Shown piece after piece: positions 11,019-22,051 of a stretch of DNA of 64,000 nucleotides; position 1 is the first letter of the stretch; every line of letters begins with the position of its first letter. The translations under genes and the position numbers were made by a program. Source of the DNA: Vicugna vicugna (Eukaryota); contig MU062282.1 of NCBI GenBank assembly GCA_013265495.1, positions 397,823 to 461,822 of the forward strand. The letters are read 5' to 3'. The notes under the pieces were generated by a model. It ran no database searches. It was given only the letters and a program-made list of their open reading frames with translations, and had not been told where the DNA came from.

Positions 11019-12062
11019 CTTTTTCTCCTTCTGCTCCATATAACCCCTCGTAATAAACACTCCAGTCCGTCACTCCCCCAAAACACTGCTGCCAGGCAGT
11101 GTAGGCAGAAGATTTTTCCAAAGCTTTCAGGTAAGGGAATGCATAAGAACATTTCAAGTGATTTATAATTTAATATTAGATACTGCCATTCTCAAAAGCC
11201 CCAAATCCTTCATCAGCCACCTGCCTGTGCACCCTCCAGCATCCAGGCATGTTTCCATCTCCCTCTTTTCATTCCCCCATCTTCTCTCTTCTGCCTGCTC
11301 CCCAGCACCTCCCATCCCTTCAGAAGCCCTATTATCCCTTGTCATCCCACTGCCTCTTGGCAGACCCGTCCCTAGGGACCCCACATTCCACACTTGCAGA
11401 AAACTATAAAGGTAAGTCTCTGCTTAGTTCTAAACTTAGAAAGTTCCTAGAAGGAAGGAGCTTTGGAGAAGCTATGGTAACAATGACCACAAAGTACTTT
11501 TCCCTCCCCCATCGTTCTGATTTAACACACTCCCTGGCTGCCCAGTTGTCTGAGCAATTTTGGCTCCATTCCTTAGAAAATGCTTTTTATTTATTTATTT
11601 ATTTTTTGTAAAATCTTTGGGATCTTCCTCACCACCATGGGAATACTTTCAGCATCTCCAAATTCTATCACCAACATCCGCAGATTTAACTGGGGATGGA
11701 TGGTGGGCAGGTGGGTTGCAAGGGTCCAAAGATGAACTTGGATGAACTCTAGGATCAATAATTGCTCCAGACTAAGAGCACAGGCTCTCTAGGGCTGGGT
11801 CCAGTCAAGGACAGTCCTTCCTGCCAACTTGTATTTTCCAGCCTTGACTATTCATGGCCTATATCAACAGACACTGACACTGACCTTGTCATCCAGGAGT
11901 CTAGGATTTGCTCATCTACTATGGGCATTGGCCCAGATTTAGCTTCAAAGACGAAATGGGAGGGGAAGGAACATCCAGGGACATAAGGGACATGGAACCC
12001 TACCTAATTGTACCCTAACTCAGTCTGACCTTTATCCAGAAAACTAAATGTTCCACCCCTCA

Positions 12063-12608
12063 GTGTGTTAGTCAGGGGTCTCCAGAGAAGTAAAACCAAT
12101 AGGAGATATATTATTGTAAGACTTATTATTAATACATAATCATAAGATTTATTATTATTATGGTATTATAAGTGAGATTTATTATTATAAGGAATTGGCT
12201 TGTGTGATTATGGAGGCTGGGGTCAGCCAGCTGAAGACCTAAGAGAACTAATGATGTAAGTTACAGTCCAAGTCCAAAGCTCTGAGAAGAAGGAGAGCCA
12301 GTCCAAAAGCTGGTGACCTGAGACCCAAGTAGAGCTGTGTGTCAGTTCCAGTCTGAAGAAAGGAAGAGAATGATGTGCCAGCTCGGCAGTCACACAGGAG
12401 GCATTCCCCTCTACTCACAAGAGGGTTAGTCCTCTTATTCTATTCAGACCTTCAACTGATTGGATGAGGCCCACCCACATGAGGGAGGACAACCTGCTTT
12501 ACAGTCTACCCATTCAAATCTTATCCAAGACACACTCAGAACAATGTTTAACCAAATATCTGAAGACCCTTTGGCCCAGTCAAGTGGACACATAAAATCA
12601 ACCATCAC
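12063..12608 (-). mobile_element. ERVL solo LTR (MLT2B/D-like)
   Basis: Both ends present: tgtgttagtcaggggtctccagagaa...cccagtcaagtggacacataaaatcaaccatcac. Confidence 0.9.
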
Positions 12609-12659
12609 GCTCAGCTTTTCTTTCTCCGTCAAGGGCCGAACACTGGCCACCTGGAGGCA

Positions 12660-12760
12660 AAACTGATGCAAATTGAAAAAGCATAACCAGCTAACACGGG
12701 TTTCAGTTCTAACCCTCCCACTTGTTGGTTGTGTGACTTTGAGCCACTCAACTTTGTGAT
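12660..12760 (+). mobile_element. MIR SINE fragment
   Basis: gggtttcagttctaaccctcccacttgttggttgtgtgactttgagc. Confidence 0.55.
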
Positions 12761-12785
12761 ACAATTTTTTTTTTTATTTGAGAAA

Positions 12786-12862
12786 GAAGGATAGAGGAAG
12801 GAAGGAAAGAATGAGGGAAGGAAAGAAGAAAGGAAGGGAATGAGGAGGAAGGAAGGAAAGAA
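12786..12862. repeat. GA-rich low-complexity tract
   Basis: Direct: (GGAA/GAAA)n. Confidence 0.85.
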
Positions 12863-12920
12863 AAAGGGGGTAACCTTTTTTGCCTTAGCTATTATAGTAA
12901 AGGGTTCATATAAGGTTAAA

Positions 12921-13101
12921 CCAGTGCCTCTCAACCACAGCCACACAATATAATTGCCTGGGGAGGTTTTTCAAATGCTGCTCAAGCCACACCCCAGATC
13001 AATTAAATCAGAATCTCTGGAGGTGAGACTCAGGCAACAGGAATCAGATAAGCCCGGGGGAGGGGGTGTTCAAATACATAGTCAAGGCTGAGAACCACTA
13101 G
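12921..13101. mobile_element. MER5A (hAT-Charlie MITE)
   Basis: cagtgcctctcaacc...ccccagatcaattaaatcagaatctctgg...caaggctgagaaccact, with terminal inverted repeats. Confidence 0.85.
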
Positions 13102-13179
13102 ATTAAATGGGTGTGAAACCTTTTCCCCAAGGTTGGGTATTAGCATTATTACCCTATGCTTCTCTCAGCCCACCACGTA

Positions 13180-13288
13180 TAAGAAGAAATCACCTGCCGA
13201 AGGCTTCCCCTCCTAATGCCATCACAAATTGGAGGTTAGAATTTCAATACATGAATTTTGGAGGGACACAAACATTTAGTTCGTTGCC
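13180..13288 (-). mobile_element. MaLR LTR fragment (MLT1A/MST-like)
   Basis: cctcctaatgccatcacaaattggaggttagaatttcaatacatgaattttggagggacacaaacatt. Confidence 0.8.
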
Positions 13289-13289
13289 G

Positions 13290-13645
13290 ACATGAGAAGT
13301 GTTGCAGCGTCCTCCCAGCTCTCTCTTGGGCCACTCACTCTAGGGAAGCCAGCTACTAAGTCGGAAGGACATTCAGCAGTCCTATGAAGCCGCCCGTGGG
13401 GCGAGGAACTGAGGCCGCCTGCCAACAGCCACGTGAGTGAGCTATTCTGAAAGCCGATGTCTAGCCAAGTCAAGTTCCAGATGACTGTAGCCCCAGCCAA
13501 TGCCGTGACTACATCTCATGAGAGACCCTGATCCAGACCCACCCAACCAAGCTACACCTGAGTACCTGACCCACAGAACATGTGATGTAGTAAATGTCTG
13601 TTGTTTTACGTGCTAAGTTTGGGGATAATTTGTTAAGTAGCTATA
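13290..13645 (+). mobile_element. MaLR LTR (MLT1F/G-like)
   Basis: gaggaactgaggccgcctgccaacagccacgtgagtgagc...ctaagtttggggataatttgtt. Confidence 0.85.
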
Positions 13646-13669
13646 GAGAGGTGTTACAATCACCCAACC

Positions 13670-13930
13670 ACATCCTGAGGAAACATCCCCTCCCCGAAGG
13701 AAGTAATCTCCAAGCTAAGACCCAAAGGATGAGTGGGAGTTAGGCAATACAGGCAGGAGAGAGGGTTCCAGAGAGGCCACAGCGAGTGCAAAGGTCTGCA
13801 AGGGAGCGCGTGGTACTTTGCAGAGACTGTAAGTGATTCAGATAGTGTTCGGGGGGGACAATGATGGATGACACCGGAGAGGTTGGCAGGGACCAGATTA
13901 TAAGGGTATCGTGGACCATGAAGGGGAGCC
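13670..13930 (-). mobile_element. L2 fragment
   Basis: gctaagacccaaaggatgagtgggagttaggc...gagtgcaaaggtc...ggcagggaccagatt. Confidence 0.7.
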
Positions 13931-14057
13931 CTGTGACTGCCCAGGAGGCAGGAGGCCCTGCTGTGCCCACACAAGCTCAGCATTTGCTGGCCGGGAGCGA
14001 GTAGCCTCAGGTGGCACGCGGAGGTGGGAGGTAAGGTCATAAAAGAGTGGTGACGTC

Positions 14058-14543
14058 CAGGCGCACCTTGAGTCCTCGTGCTCTGCTTTGCTGCAATTCA
14101 CAGATACTGCGTGTTTTTAAAAATAGAAGATTGGTGGCAATTCTGCATCAAGCAAACCTGTCGGTACCATTTTCCCAACAGCATGGGCTCACTTCCTGTC
14201 TCTGTGTCACATTTTGGTAATTCTCACAATATTTCAAACATCCTCATTATTGTTATATTTGTTCTGGTGATGTGTGATCCATAATCTTTGACGTCACAAC
14301 CATGACCCACTGAAGGCTCAGATCATGGGTAGGCTTCTTTAGCAATCCACTGTCTTTTAACGAAGGTTTGAACAATGGTTTTTTTAGACATACTATTGCA
14401 CACTTAATAGACTGCAGCATAGTATAAACACAAATTTCAGATGTACTAGAAAACCCAGAGGTTTGTATGACTCGCTCAATTGCGGTATTTGCTTTACTTC
14501 AGTGGACTGGAACCAAATCTGCACCATCTCCAGGGTGTGCCTG
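14058..14543. mobile_element. Tigger1-derived MITE (Tigger1a-like)
   Basis: Both TIRs (caggcgcaccttg / cagggtgtgcctg), TA on the right flank, and Tigger1 end sequences joined by an internal deletion. Confidence 0.9.
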
Positions 14544-14719
14544 TATCAGGACACTGACCAGCACCCCCTACTGCTCCCGGAAACCAAAGCAATGGAAATT
14601 CAGATCCTGGAGAAAGCGCCAAGGGAAACTGAATCCAAGAGGCCTCCCTTTAGGGGCTAAGGATGACAAAATCTCCTTCCCTGCCCTGTTGCTCTCAAAA
14701 GATTACTTTTTCTGTCCAG

Positions 14720-14905
14720 AACAGTCCAATCCATAAAGACAGGAAGCATATTGGTGGTTGCCTGGGGCTGGAGGTGAGGGTTGGGGTCTAAGATGGTGAT
14801 TGCTAAACTTTACAGAGTTTCTTTTTGAGCTGATGAAAATGTTCTAAAATTGATGGTGATGATGATACATATGTGTTATACTAGAAACCATTGACTCAGA
14901 CACTT
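14720..14905 (+). mobile_element. Old L1 (L1MB/MC-like) 3' end
   Basis: ggtggttgcctggggctgg...tgatgaaaatgttctaaaattgatgg...aaaccattga. Confidence 0.8.
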
Positions 14906-15347
14906 TATTTTTATTTGAACAACAATATAACATTTTTTATTAATTTATAATCATTTTACAATGTTGTGTCAAATTCCAGTGTAGAGCACAATTTTTCAGT
15001 CATACATAAACGTATATATATTCATTGTCACATTTTTTTTCTCTGTGCACTGCCATAAGATCTTGTGTATATTTCCCTGTGCTATACAGTATAATCTTGT
15101 TTATCTAGTCTACAATTTTGAAATTCCATCTATCCCTTCCCACCCTCCACCCCCTTGGCAACCACAAGTTTGTATTCTATGTCTATGAGTCTATTTCTGT
15201 TTTGTATTTATGCTTTGTTTGTTTGTTTTTGGTTTTGGTTTTTGTAGATTCCACATATGAGCGATTGCATATGGTATTTTTCTTTCTCTTTCTGGCTTAC
15301 TTCACTTAGAATGACATTCTCCAGGAGCATCCATGTTGCTGCAAATG
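14906..15347 (-). mobile_element. Young camelid-type L1 3' UTR, running into a gap
   Basis: tttacaatgttgtgtcaaattccagtgtagagcacaatttttcag...ctggcttacttcacttagaatgacattctccagg. Confidence 0.9.
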
Positions 15348-15519
15348 NNNNNNNNNNNNNNNNNNNNNNNNNNNNNNNNNNNNNNNNNNNNNNNNNNNNN
15401 NNNNNNNNNNNNNNNNNNNNNNNNNNNNNNNNNNNNNNNNNNNNNNNNNNNNNNNNNNNNNNNNNNNNNNNNNNNNNNNNNNNNNNNNNNNNNNNNNNNN
15501 NNNNNNNNNNNNNNNNNNN
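15348..15519. other. Assembly gap (172 N)
   Basis: Direct. Confidence 1.
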
Positions 15520-15574
15520 TAGTTAATGAAGGATATAGAAGCATTGGATGGAAATGCTGCTTGACATTATATCA

Positions 15575-15735
15575 CATACACATTTGATTATTGTTTACCT
15601 ACCTCAGGTAGAACATGAGCTTCATGAGAACAGCAATTTTGTTTTATTCACCACTGGTTCTCCAGAGCCTAAAACAGAGCTTGACGCATGTCAGATGTTT
15701 GGAAAAGATTTGATGAATGAATGAAGAATGAATGA
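15575..15735 (+). mobile_element. L2 3' end
   Basis: tagaacatgagcttcatgagaacag...ttcaccactggttctccagagcct...(TGAA)n. Confidence 0.8.
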
Positions 15736-16499
15736 CCATCTTAACCCAATCTTCAAGCCTACCAGGGTCTGAAGCAAATCTTCTTCTTGTTCTAGTGGAA
15801 GAAGTGTCCTTCCTCCTTTCAAAGGTCTCTGGGTTGGTACTGTCTTCCATAAGAGTAGCTTGGAAGAGGCTGCTTCAGTGACCTGTGATGTTGCCATCCG
15901 TGCCAAACCCCGATTCCCAACAGCCTTGGGATCCAAATATCACACCAAGATGCTCCTCTTCCATTTGACACTGTCCCTTTTAAACTGGCTAAGTCAGCTC
16001 CAATTAACACTCATTAATCCAATGTTCATGAAATTGGACAAGCAGACACAGAAGTTCACAGAGCAGAACAAATTACTGGAAACCAGAGCGAAAGACCTCT
16101 CCCGGCTTCTTAGCCTGCTGAGATGTCAGAGGCCCTTCCGATGGGAATTAGGAAGCAGGTAGCCGTTCAAGGTCGTCCTGCATGCAGACTGCTGTCCTAC
16201 CATCTTCAGAGGCTTGAGGAATGAAAGGTCATGTAATAACAAGCCCTTTCAGACTTGTGTGGAGCTGGAGCATGATGAATCAATCGTGACACCCCTTCTG
16301 GCTGGTAATTCCTGATGCCTGTCCACACACATACATCCTCTCATTCCACCTTGAAACTTGAGCAGAAATGGAATCTCCCATCTGATGAGTGAAAACATGA
16401 AGGCAAAAGGGGTTGGCTGAGTCATGTATGGACCCAGAGTCAGTGAAAGCATCCTTGCAGTAAACTGGCTAAGCCGATGAATTTTGATGTCGAACCCAT

Positions 16500-16690
16500 G
16501 TTTGAATATCAACATTGCCAATGACTCTCCGACCTTGGGCTGATTAGTTATCTCCAAGCCTCAGTTCTCTCATCTACAAATTAAGTAGCATCTGCAAATT
16601 AACGTCTTCATGCAAAATAAGATAATGCGTATAAAACATTTATCACAGGGTCTGGCCAAAAGTATATTCTCAATAAATGTTAGCTAAAAA
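16500..16690 (+). mobile_element. MIR SINE
   Basis: gaccttgggc...cctcagttctctcatctacaaa...ctcaataaatgttagct. Confidence 0.75.
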
Positions 16691-17049
16691 TAAACCACTC
16701 AGCTTCTTTCTATAATATGCTTTGTGAAAAACTCCAATACACCATGTCCTGATCATAACCGTCCCAAGACTACACTCCTCTATTTCCTCCTGAATGGACT
16801 TCCGCTTAGCTGATGAAGTCACCATCAAATCCATAATGCATATATCCCTTCATCTGACATTTTCTGAAGGATGAATGGATGGATGATTAGATGAATGGGT
16901 GACCAAGAATCAGTCATTGAATTACTAAATGAATGAACAGGTGAATGGATGAATGATGAACAAAATTAATGAGTTAATGAATAAAAGATAGCTAATGTGT
17001 ATATTACAACATCTGTGCACCATATAAAGACCTCATTTGAATTGTGTTT

Positions 17050-17260
17050 CAGATCTTGCCCAATGGTCACATTCCCAATGGTATCTTCCACGATACTCTC
17101 ATTAATACCACAGCTTCTCTAGCTCCTCCATAGTATTTTGTATGATTTTTATATTTTTATAAATATATATGATTGTCTGCCTCTTCCTGCTAGAATGCAG
17201 GCTTTATTTACTTTGGTGCCCTCAGCGCCAAGCATAGTACCTGACACATAGGGAACCCTA
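17050..17260 (+). mobile_element. L2 fragment
   Basis: ctgtctgcctcttcctgctagaatgcagg...gcatagtacctgacacatagg. Confidence 0.6.
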
Positions 17261-17279
17261 ACCCTAACTACTTGTTAAA

Positions 17280-17449
17280 TGTGTCACGTATCTTAATGCT
17301 CTCAGCAAACCAGTGAGGAAGGTACAGTTTTTGTTCTTGTGTGACAAATGAAGAAACTGAAGCCCAGAAATGTAATTTGTTCAAGGACATACAGCTAGTA
17401 CGTGGCAGAGCCCGGATGCCTACTGGCCCTACGGGACACTCTTGACTGT
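17280..17449 (-). mobile_element. MIR SINE, interrupted at its end by an LTR
   Basis: gacaaatgaagaaactgaagcccagaa...aaggacatacagctagtacgtggcagagc; continues at 17825-17845. Confidence 0.7.
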
Positions 17450-17824
17450 TGTCAGGAAGAATTAGCAAGCCCAAAATGGAGTCACTTGTGCTAAGCCCAC
17501 GTCACCAAACCGGGGCTAGATACTTAACCTACTTACGGTTTCAAACATCTCCAGGAGTGTAGAGCTTACCAGTCAGTTTGGAATTTTCTGATTGGTGCCA
17601 ATGAGGTCATCTGCCACACGGACTTTTTCCATCCTCCAGAGGAAGATGAAGTAAGTCATCAGCCCTTTCCTTCCCCCTTCCCCCTCCTGCCGATAAAAGC
17701 CTGCCATTTTGTACAGCTCTCGGAGCTCCTGGGTTGCTGCCAGATTCAGGAACCTTTTATAAATCATTCAATAAATCAATTAGATCTTTCAAATTTACTT
17801 AGTTGAATTTTTATTTTTTTAGCA
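17450..17824 (+). mobile_element. ERV1-class solo LTR
   Basis: TG...CA ends, 4-bp TSD ctgt/ctat, ccaaaatggagtc motif, CCAAT boxes, AATAAA at 17770-17775. Confidence 0.85.
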
Positions 17825-18239
17825 CTATCAAGCAGTATTACCTCATCTTGGAATGAATGGATGCAGGTCAGCTCTTTTGAAGATGTTCCCTGGCTTCAGT
17901 TGAAGCTCTAACAACAGAACACAGCTGGCCCCCAACCAATCTCCTCACCTCGAACTTCTTTTTCCTTCCCAGGTGGCACCAGGATTGAACAAGGGCTGCT
18001 GGGCTTTGGCCAGGAAGAGAAGGGGCACAGCCCCAGACTAGCTCGCCCAGAGGCGGGCCAGACTCAGAGGAATGTGCTCCGGGAGTGATGGACTGGCGGC
18101 CCTTTGTTTCAGCTTCCAGACTTCCAGGGGTTGCTAAGAGACTGTACAAAGGGAGGCCCCTCAGAAACCCTCAGAACCCGCACACAGTTACGTAATACCA
18201 GGCCCTTCCTTTATACAAATGCAAGTAACAAGGGTCCAA

Positions 18240-18840
18240 GCCCTGCCTGCAATCCGTGCTGCCTGTGATAAGCGGATTTCGCGTCTGGGCCCCCAAGAAA
18301 TCCCCTCTCACGGGGGATGGGCTGCGGGGAAACCAAACGGTGGGGGAGGGGTCTTCTTTGGTGCCGCTTCCGAAGGACTTAAATATTAATTAACATGCAA
18401 TCCAATCCCCACTCCACAATAACCGGATTTTACACAATCGGCATCTGCGCTGATTAATTCAATGATCCCGTTGTGTTACTTCTAGTATGGCTTTTCTGGC
18501 GTTTCCAGTCAACAAGCAGGGAGACAGTTTACTTTCTGGCCCCAAATGTTGCGAAACCAGGACTTTTTCTAATCAAATGGAGGAAGTACCTCTTGCACCT
18601 GGAACTATTTCCTGATCCGTGCTTATCAAACCTAATTCGAACAAGGGAGCCACCGAGAGTAACTAAGCAATCTCTGGGTGGCCCTGTATACCCCGAGCCA
18701 GCTTTGGTTAAGACACGATTTGGACAAGAACATGATTCCTGGTCAGCACGGAAAGGCGGGTTTTACGATTTCTTTTTCAAAATGACAAGTGACATATCAC
18801 CAGGGTAACGAACCCACAACCACCTAACCCATGGCAACCA
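18240..18840. promoter_or_regulatory. CpG-enriched, repeat-free candidate enhancer or promoter
   Basis: 24 CpG counted by hand in 600 bp; GATA, TAAT-homeobox, TGATTAAT (18451-18458) and RFX half-site CCATGGCAAC motifs. Confidence 0.45.
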
Positions 18841-19059
18841 CAGAGCCTTACATTCAATACTGTATTCCAGCCAGGTTTACAGAGCACCTACTATGTGCTA
18901 AAGAGTTTTCAAGAGGAAAAGGGTGCAGCAGTGAACCAGAGAGACAGCACCCCATCGTCTTGTAGTTCACACTGTAACAGAGCAGAGAGGTAATAAATAC
19001 GTAAATAAATAATACCGGTTATTGACAAGGGCTATAAGATCCTAAAAACGGGAACACAT

Positions 19060-19173
19060 CTTGACTTAACCAGGGCCGTCCTGTTAAGCTCACTGTCCTG
19101 ACTTAATTGTTACGGAGCCCCTTTCACTCCTGTACGTGCTCTAGATTTGAAAATAAATTATATGGTCACCTTA
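19060..19173. mobile_element. MER81 (hAT-Blackjack)
   Basis: cccctttcactc...aaataaattatatggtcacctta terminus. Confidence 0.75.
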
Positions 19174-19584
19174 TCAGCGACCATATAGTGATAGATTACA
19201 TTAGACAAGGTGGTCAGTGAAGGCTGCTCTGCGGAGATGACAATTCTGCTATGGACTGAAAAATGAAAATCAGTCATCCTAGGATGGGGTGGGGATCCTG
19301 GGCTGAAGGAACCAAAAATACAGAGTCTGGAGAGAAGAACGAGTTTGTCTTATTGGAGAAACAGAGAGGTCAGCATAGCAGAACCATGATAAACAGAAGG
19401 GAGGGTACAAGGTGAGATTGTAGAGATGGGCAGGGGTCTGATCGTATACAACTGTGAAAATCTGGGTATAGATTTTAAATTTAATTCTAAGTGGTATGGG
19501 GACCCACTGGCAGTTTTAAGCAAAGGGTGATGTGAGTCAAAATTTTAAAAGATGACTTTGGATGCCACAAGGAGAATGGATTTT

Positions 19585-20156
19585 TTTTTCCTGCTTTTTT
19601 TTTATAATTGAAGTATAGTCCAGTTTACAATGTTGTGTCTTTCTGGTGTAGAGCATAATGTCTCAGTCATACATATACATACATATATTCCTTTTCATAG
19701 TCTTTTTCATTATAGGTTACTACAAGATACTGAATATAGTTCCCTGTGCTATGCAGTAGAAACTCGTTGTTTATCTATTTTATATGTAGTAGTATCTGCA
19801 AATATTGAACTCCAATTTATTCCTTCCTATCCTTTTCCTCCCCAGTAACCATAAATTTGTTTTCTATGTCTGAGATTGTTTCTGCTTTGTAAATAAGTTC
19901 ATTTGTGTCTCTTTTTTTAGATTCCACATATAAGTGTTATCATGTATTTTTCTTTCTCTTTCTGGCTTACTTCACTTAGAATGACAATCTCTAGGTCCAT
20001 CCATGTTACAGCAAATGGCATTATTTCCTCCTTTTTATGGCTGAGTAATATTCCACTGTATCAATATACCATAACTTCTTTATCCAGTCATCTGTCGATG
20101 AGCATTTAGGTTGCTTCCATGTCTTGGCTATTGTAAATAGTGCTGCTGTGAACATT
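19585..20156 (-). mobile_element. Cetartiodactyl-type L1 3' end with TSD
   Basis: T-rich tail, L1 3' UTR, 13-bp TSD gagaatggatttt (19572-19584 and 20157-20169). Confidence 0.95.
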
Positions 20157-20812
20157 GAGAATGGATTTTAAAAGGCCGAAGGTCAAACAGAAGGATCAGT
20201 TAGGATGTTATTGCCACAGCCAAGGTCAGGAAGGTAGAGGCTTGAAAGAAGGAGGTAGCAGTAGAGAGGAAGAAACAGCAACAGACTCAGGCTCAGGACA
20301 TGAGAGAAAGGAAAGAATCCTAAGTTTTGATGGGAGCAGCTCTGAGACTGGGGTGCACGGAGCCCAAGGGTTAAGCAGAGATGAGACTCCGTGGACAGAC
20401 TGAGCATAAAGCCAGTAGGGGTGGCTTGCTGTGGAGGGGTTGTTGTGAGCCAGGCACTGCCTTGGTGACCACACACCTGAATCTCATTTAACCTTCACAA
20501 CAACCCCACAAAGGTAGACACTGAAGAGGAACTGAGTCACTACCCCAAAAATATGCCTCTTTAGCATAATGATTATTTTAGGCTGATTATTTTGAAGAAA
20601 CAGCAGATGTAGGAAAAGTTCTGAAAACTGAGTAGAAGTTCTCCTTTTGTAAGCGATATTTATTTATTTATTTTTTTTTTTAGGTGAATGCTTTCCCTTT
20701 TATTTTTTGGAGACATTTATATTAATGAGGGAACTCTTCACTTGCAAGGACGTCTCTTTCTCTCTCTCAGTACCAGGAAGCGAAGGATGGTTCTAAATCA
20801 CAAGAAACTCTT

Positions 20813-20979
20813 TTCTTTTCTTTTCTTTTTTTAAAAATAGAGCCATTTTTTATGGTTGAAAGTGATAATGGGTTAGGGAACTCAGAGACTTTTTCTTCAT
20901 TGGCGGTACTGGGGATTGAACCCAGGACCTTGTGCATGCTAAGCATGAGCTCTACCACTGAGCTGTTACCTTCACCCTA
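20813..20979 (-). mobile_element. tRNA-derived camelid SINE (Vic-type)
   Basis: Minus strand agctcagtggtagagctcatgcttagcatgcacaaggtcctgggttcaatccccagtacc (A and B boxes), A-rich tail, 12-bp TSD caagaaactctt (20801-20812 and 20980-20991). Confidence 0.9.
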
Positions 20980-21146
20980 CAAGAAACTCTTACCTATGGA
21001 GAAGACTTGACTTATATCTGTACGACAATGGTACCCTGTTTGCTGTGCTTTACCTGACAACTTTCCGTAAGTGACCACCTCCCCATCCTCGAACATCTTT
21101 CTTTTCTTTTGTCTTTAGCTGGAAATAGTATTTAAGGTAATTGTTT

Positions 21147-21687
21147 TGTTACTCCAAAAGGCAAAGACCCCAGTTCTTGTCATACCCGAAAGATAAGTTT
21201 ATAGTCGGGAGACAGTGCATTGTGTAACGAAAGATTTTAGAAGATTTATTTAGAAAAGAAAAAATACACCTTCAAGAATGGGAGGCTGGCTGATCCAAAA
21301 TCAGAGTTTTGACTCCCCTTTCTCTCATATCTTTGCTTAGAGGTGGTCTTTTGATTGATGGCTCTTGTCCCTGCAATGCTTAGTCATGTTTGGTCCCTTT
21401 GCGCATGTTCTTACCCATGGCGTATACAGAAAAGCCCGTGCTGGTGGGAGGTGCTTAAACCGCAATGTTAATTATAATAAAATGAGCATTGCTCATGTCT
21501 GCTTAAGTCCTTCCTGCTACCACGCAGTCATGACTGTCGGTTCTAATCGGCTTCTTGCTGGCGCTCATTTAGAAGAAGTAAAATCCCTTTATGCTGGAGG
21601 CAGGCATAGCACCAGCTTCTGGACCATCACATCCTCCTTCTCCTCCACCCATCTGCCCGCTGCCCCCACTTATCTAACTACCTAACA
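21147..21687 (-). mobile_element. ERV1-class solo LTR nested in the MER34-like LTR
   Basis: TG...CA ends (tgttac...ctacctaaca), perfect 4-bp TSD gttt, and tttatt (minus-strand AATAAA) near the left end. Confidence 0.85.
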
Positions 21688-22005
21688 GTTTGGGCCATTT
21701 CAGGGACTTAATTTTACTGGATATTTCCCATGCACAGGAGGTGTACGTATTATTAAACTTCTGTTTGCTTTTCTCCTGTTAATCTGTCTTCTATTACAGG
21801 GGAGTCTCAGCCAAGAACCTAGAACAGTAGAGGGAAAATTATTTTTCCTCCTCTGCAGCACGATTATTGCCTCTGTTTCACAGGTGAATGAAAAGATCCT
21901 CAGAGATGGTACATTATTTGCACAAGTAATCACACTGGTTCACAGATGTCCACCAGGATTCATGTAATACCAAATCCTAGAGGAAATAGGGCAGAATTTC
22001 TTGCC

Positions 22006-22006
<1 letters not shown>

Positions 22007-22046
<40 letters not shown>
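22007..22046. repeat. (CA)n microsatellite
   Basis: Direct. Confidence 0.95.

Positions 22047-22051
<5 letters not shown>

Larger units (their letters stand above)
18860..20360 (-). mobile_element. Long L2 fragment split by MER81 and an L1
   Basis: gagcacctactatgtgc...ggtggtcagtgaaggctgctctg...ccactggcagttttaagcaaagggtgat; colinear pieces on both sides of the inserts. Confidence 0.8.
20522..21857 (+). mobile_element. MER34A-like ERV1 solo LTR, host of three inserts
   Basis: ccccaaaaatatgcctctttagcataa...agaacctagaacagtagagggaaaattatttttcctcctctgca; TG..CA ends, TSD acac/gcac. Confidence 0.85.
20440..21950 (-). mobile_element. MIR split by the nested LTR stack (pieces 20440-20521 and 21858-21950)
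   Basis: ctcatttaaccttcacaacaaccccacaaaggtag | attattgcctctgtttcacaggtgaatgaa join as a continuous MIR. Confidence 0.7.

Noticed and set aside
20901-20979. tRNA-like sequence with A and B boxes
   Set aside because: It is a SINE head with a tail and TSD, and lacks an intact acceptor stem.
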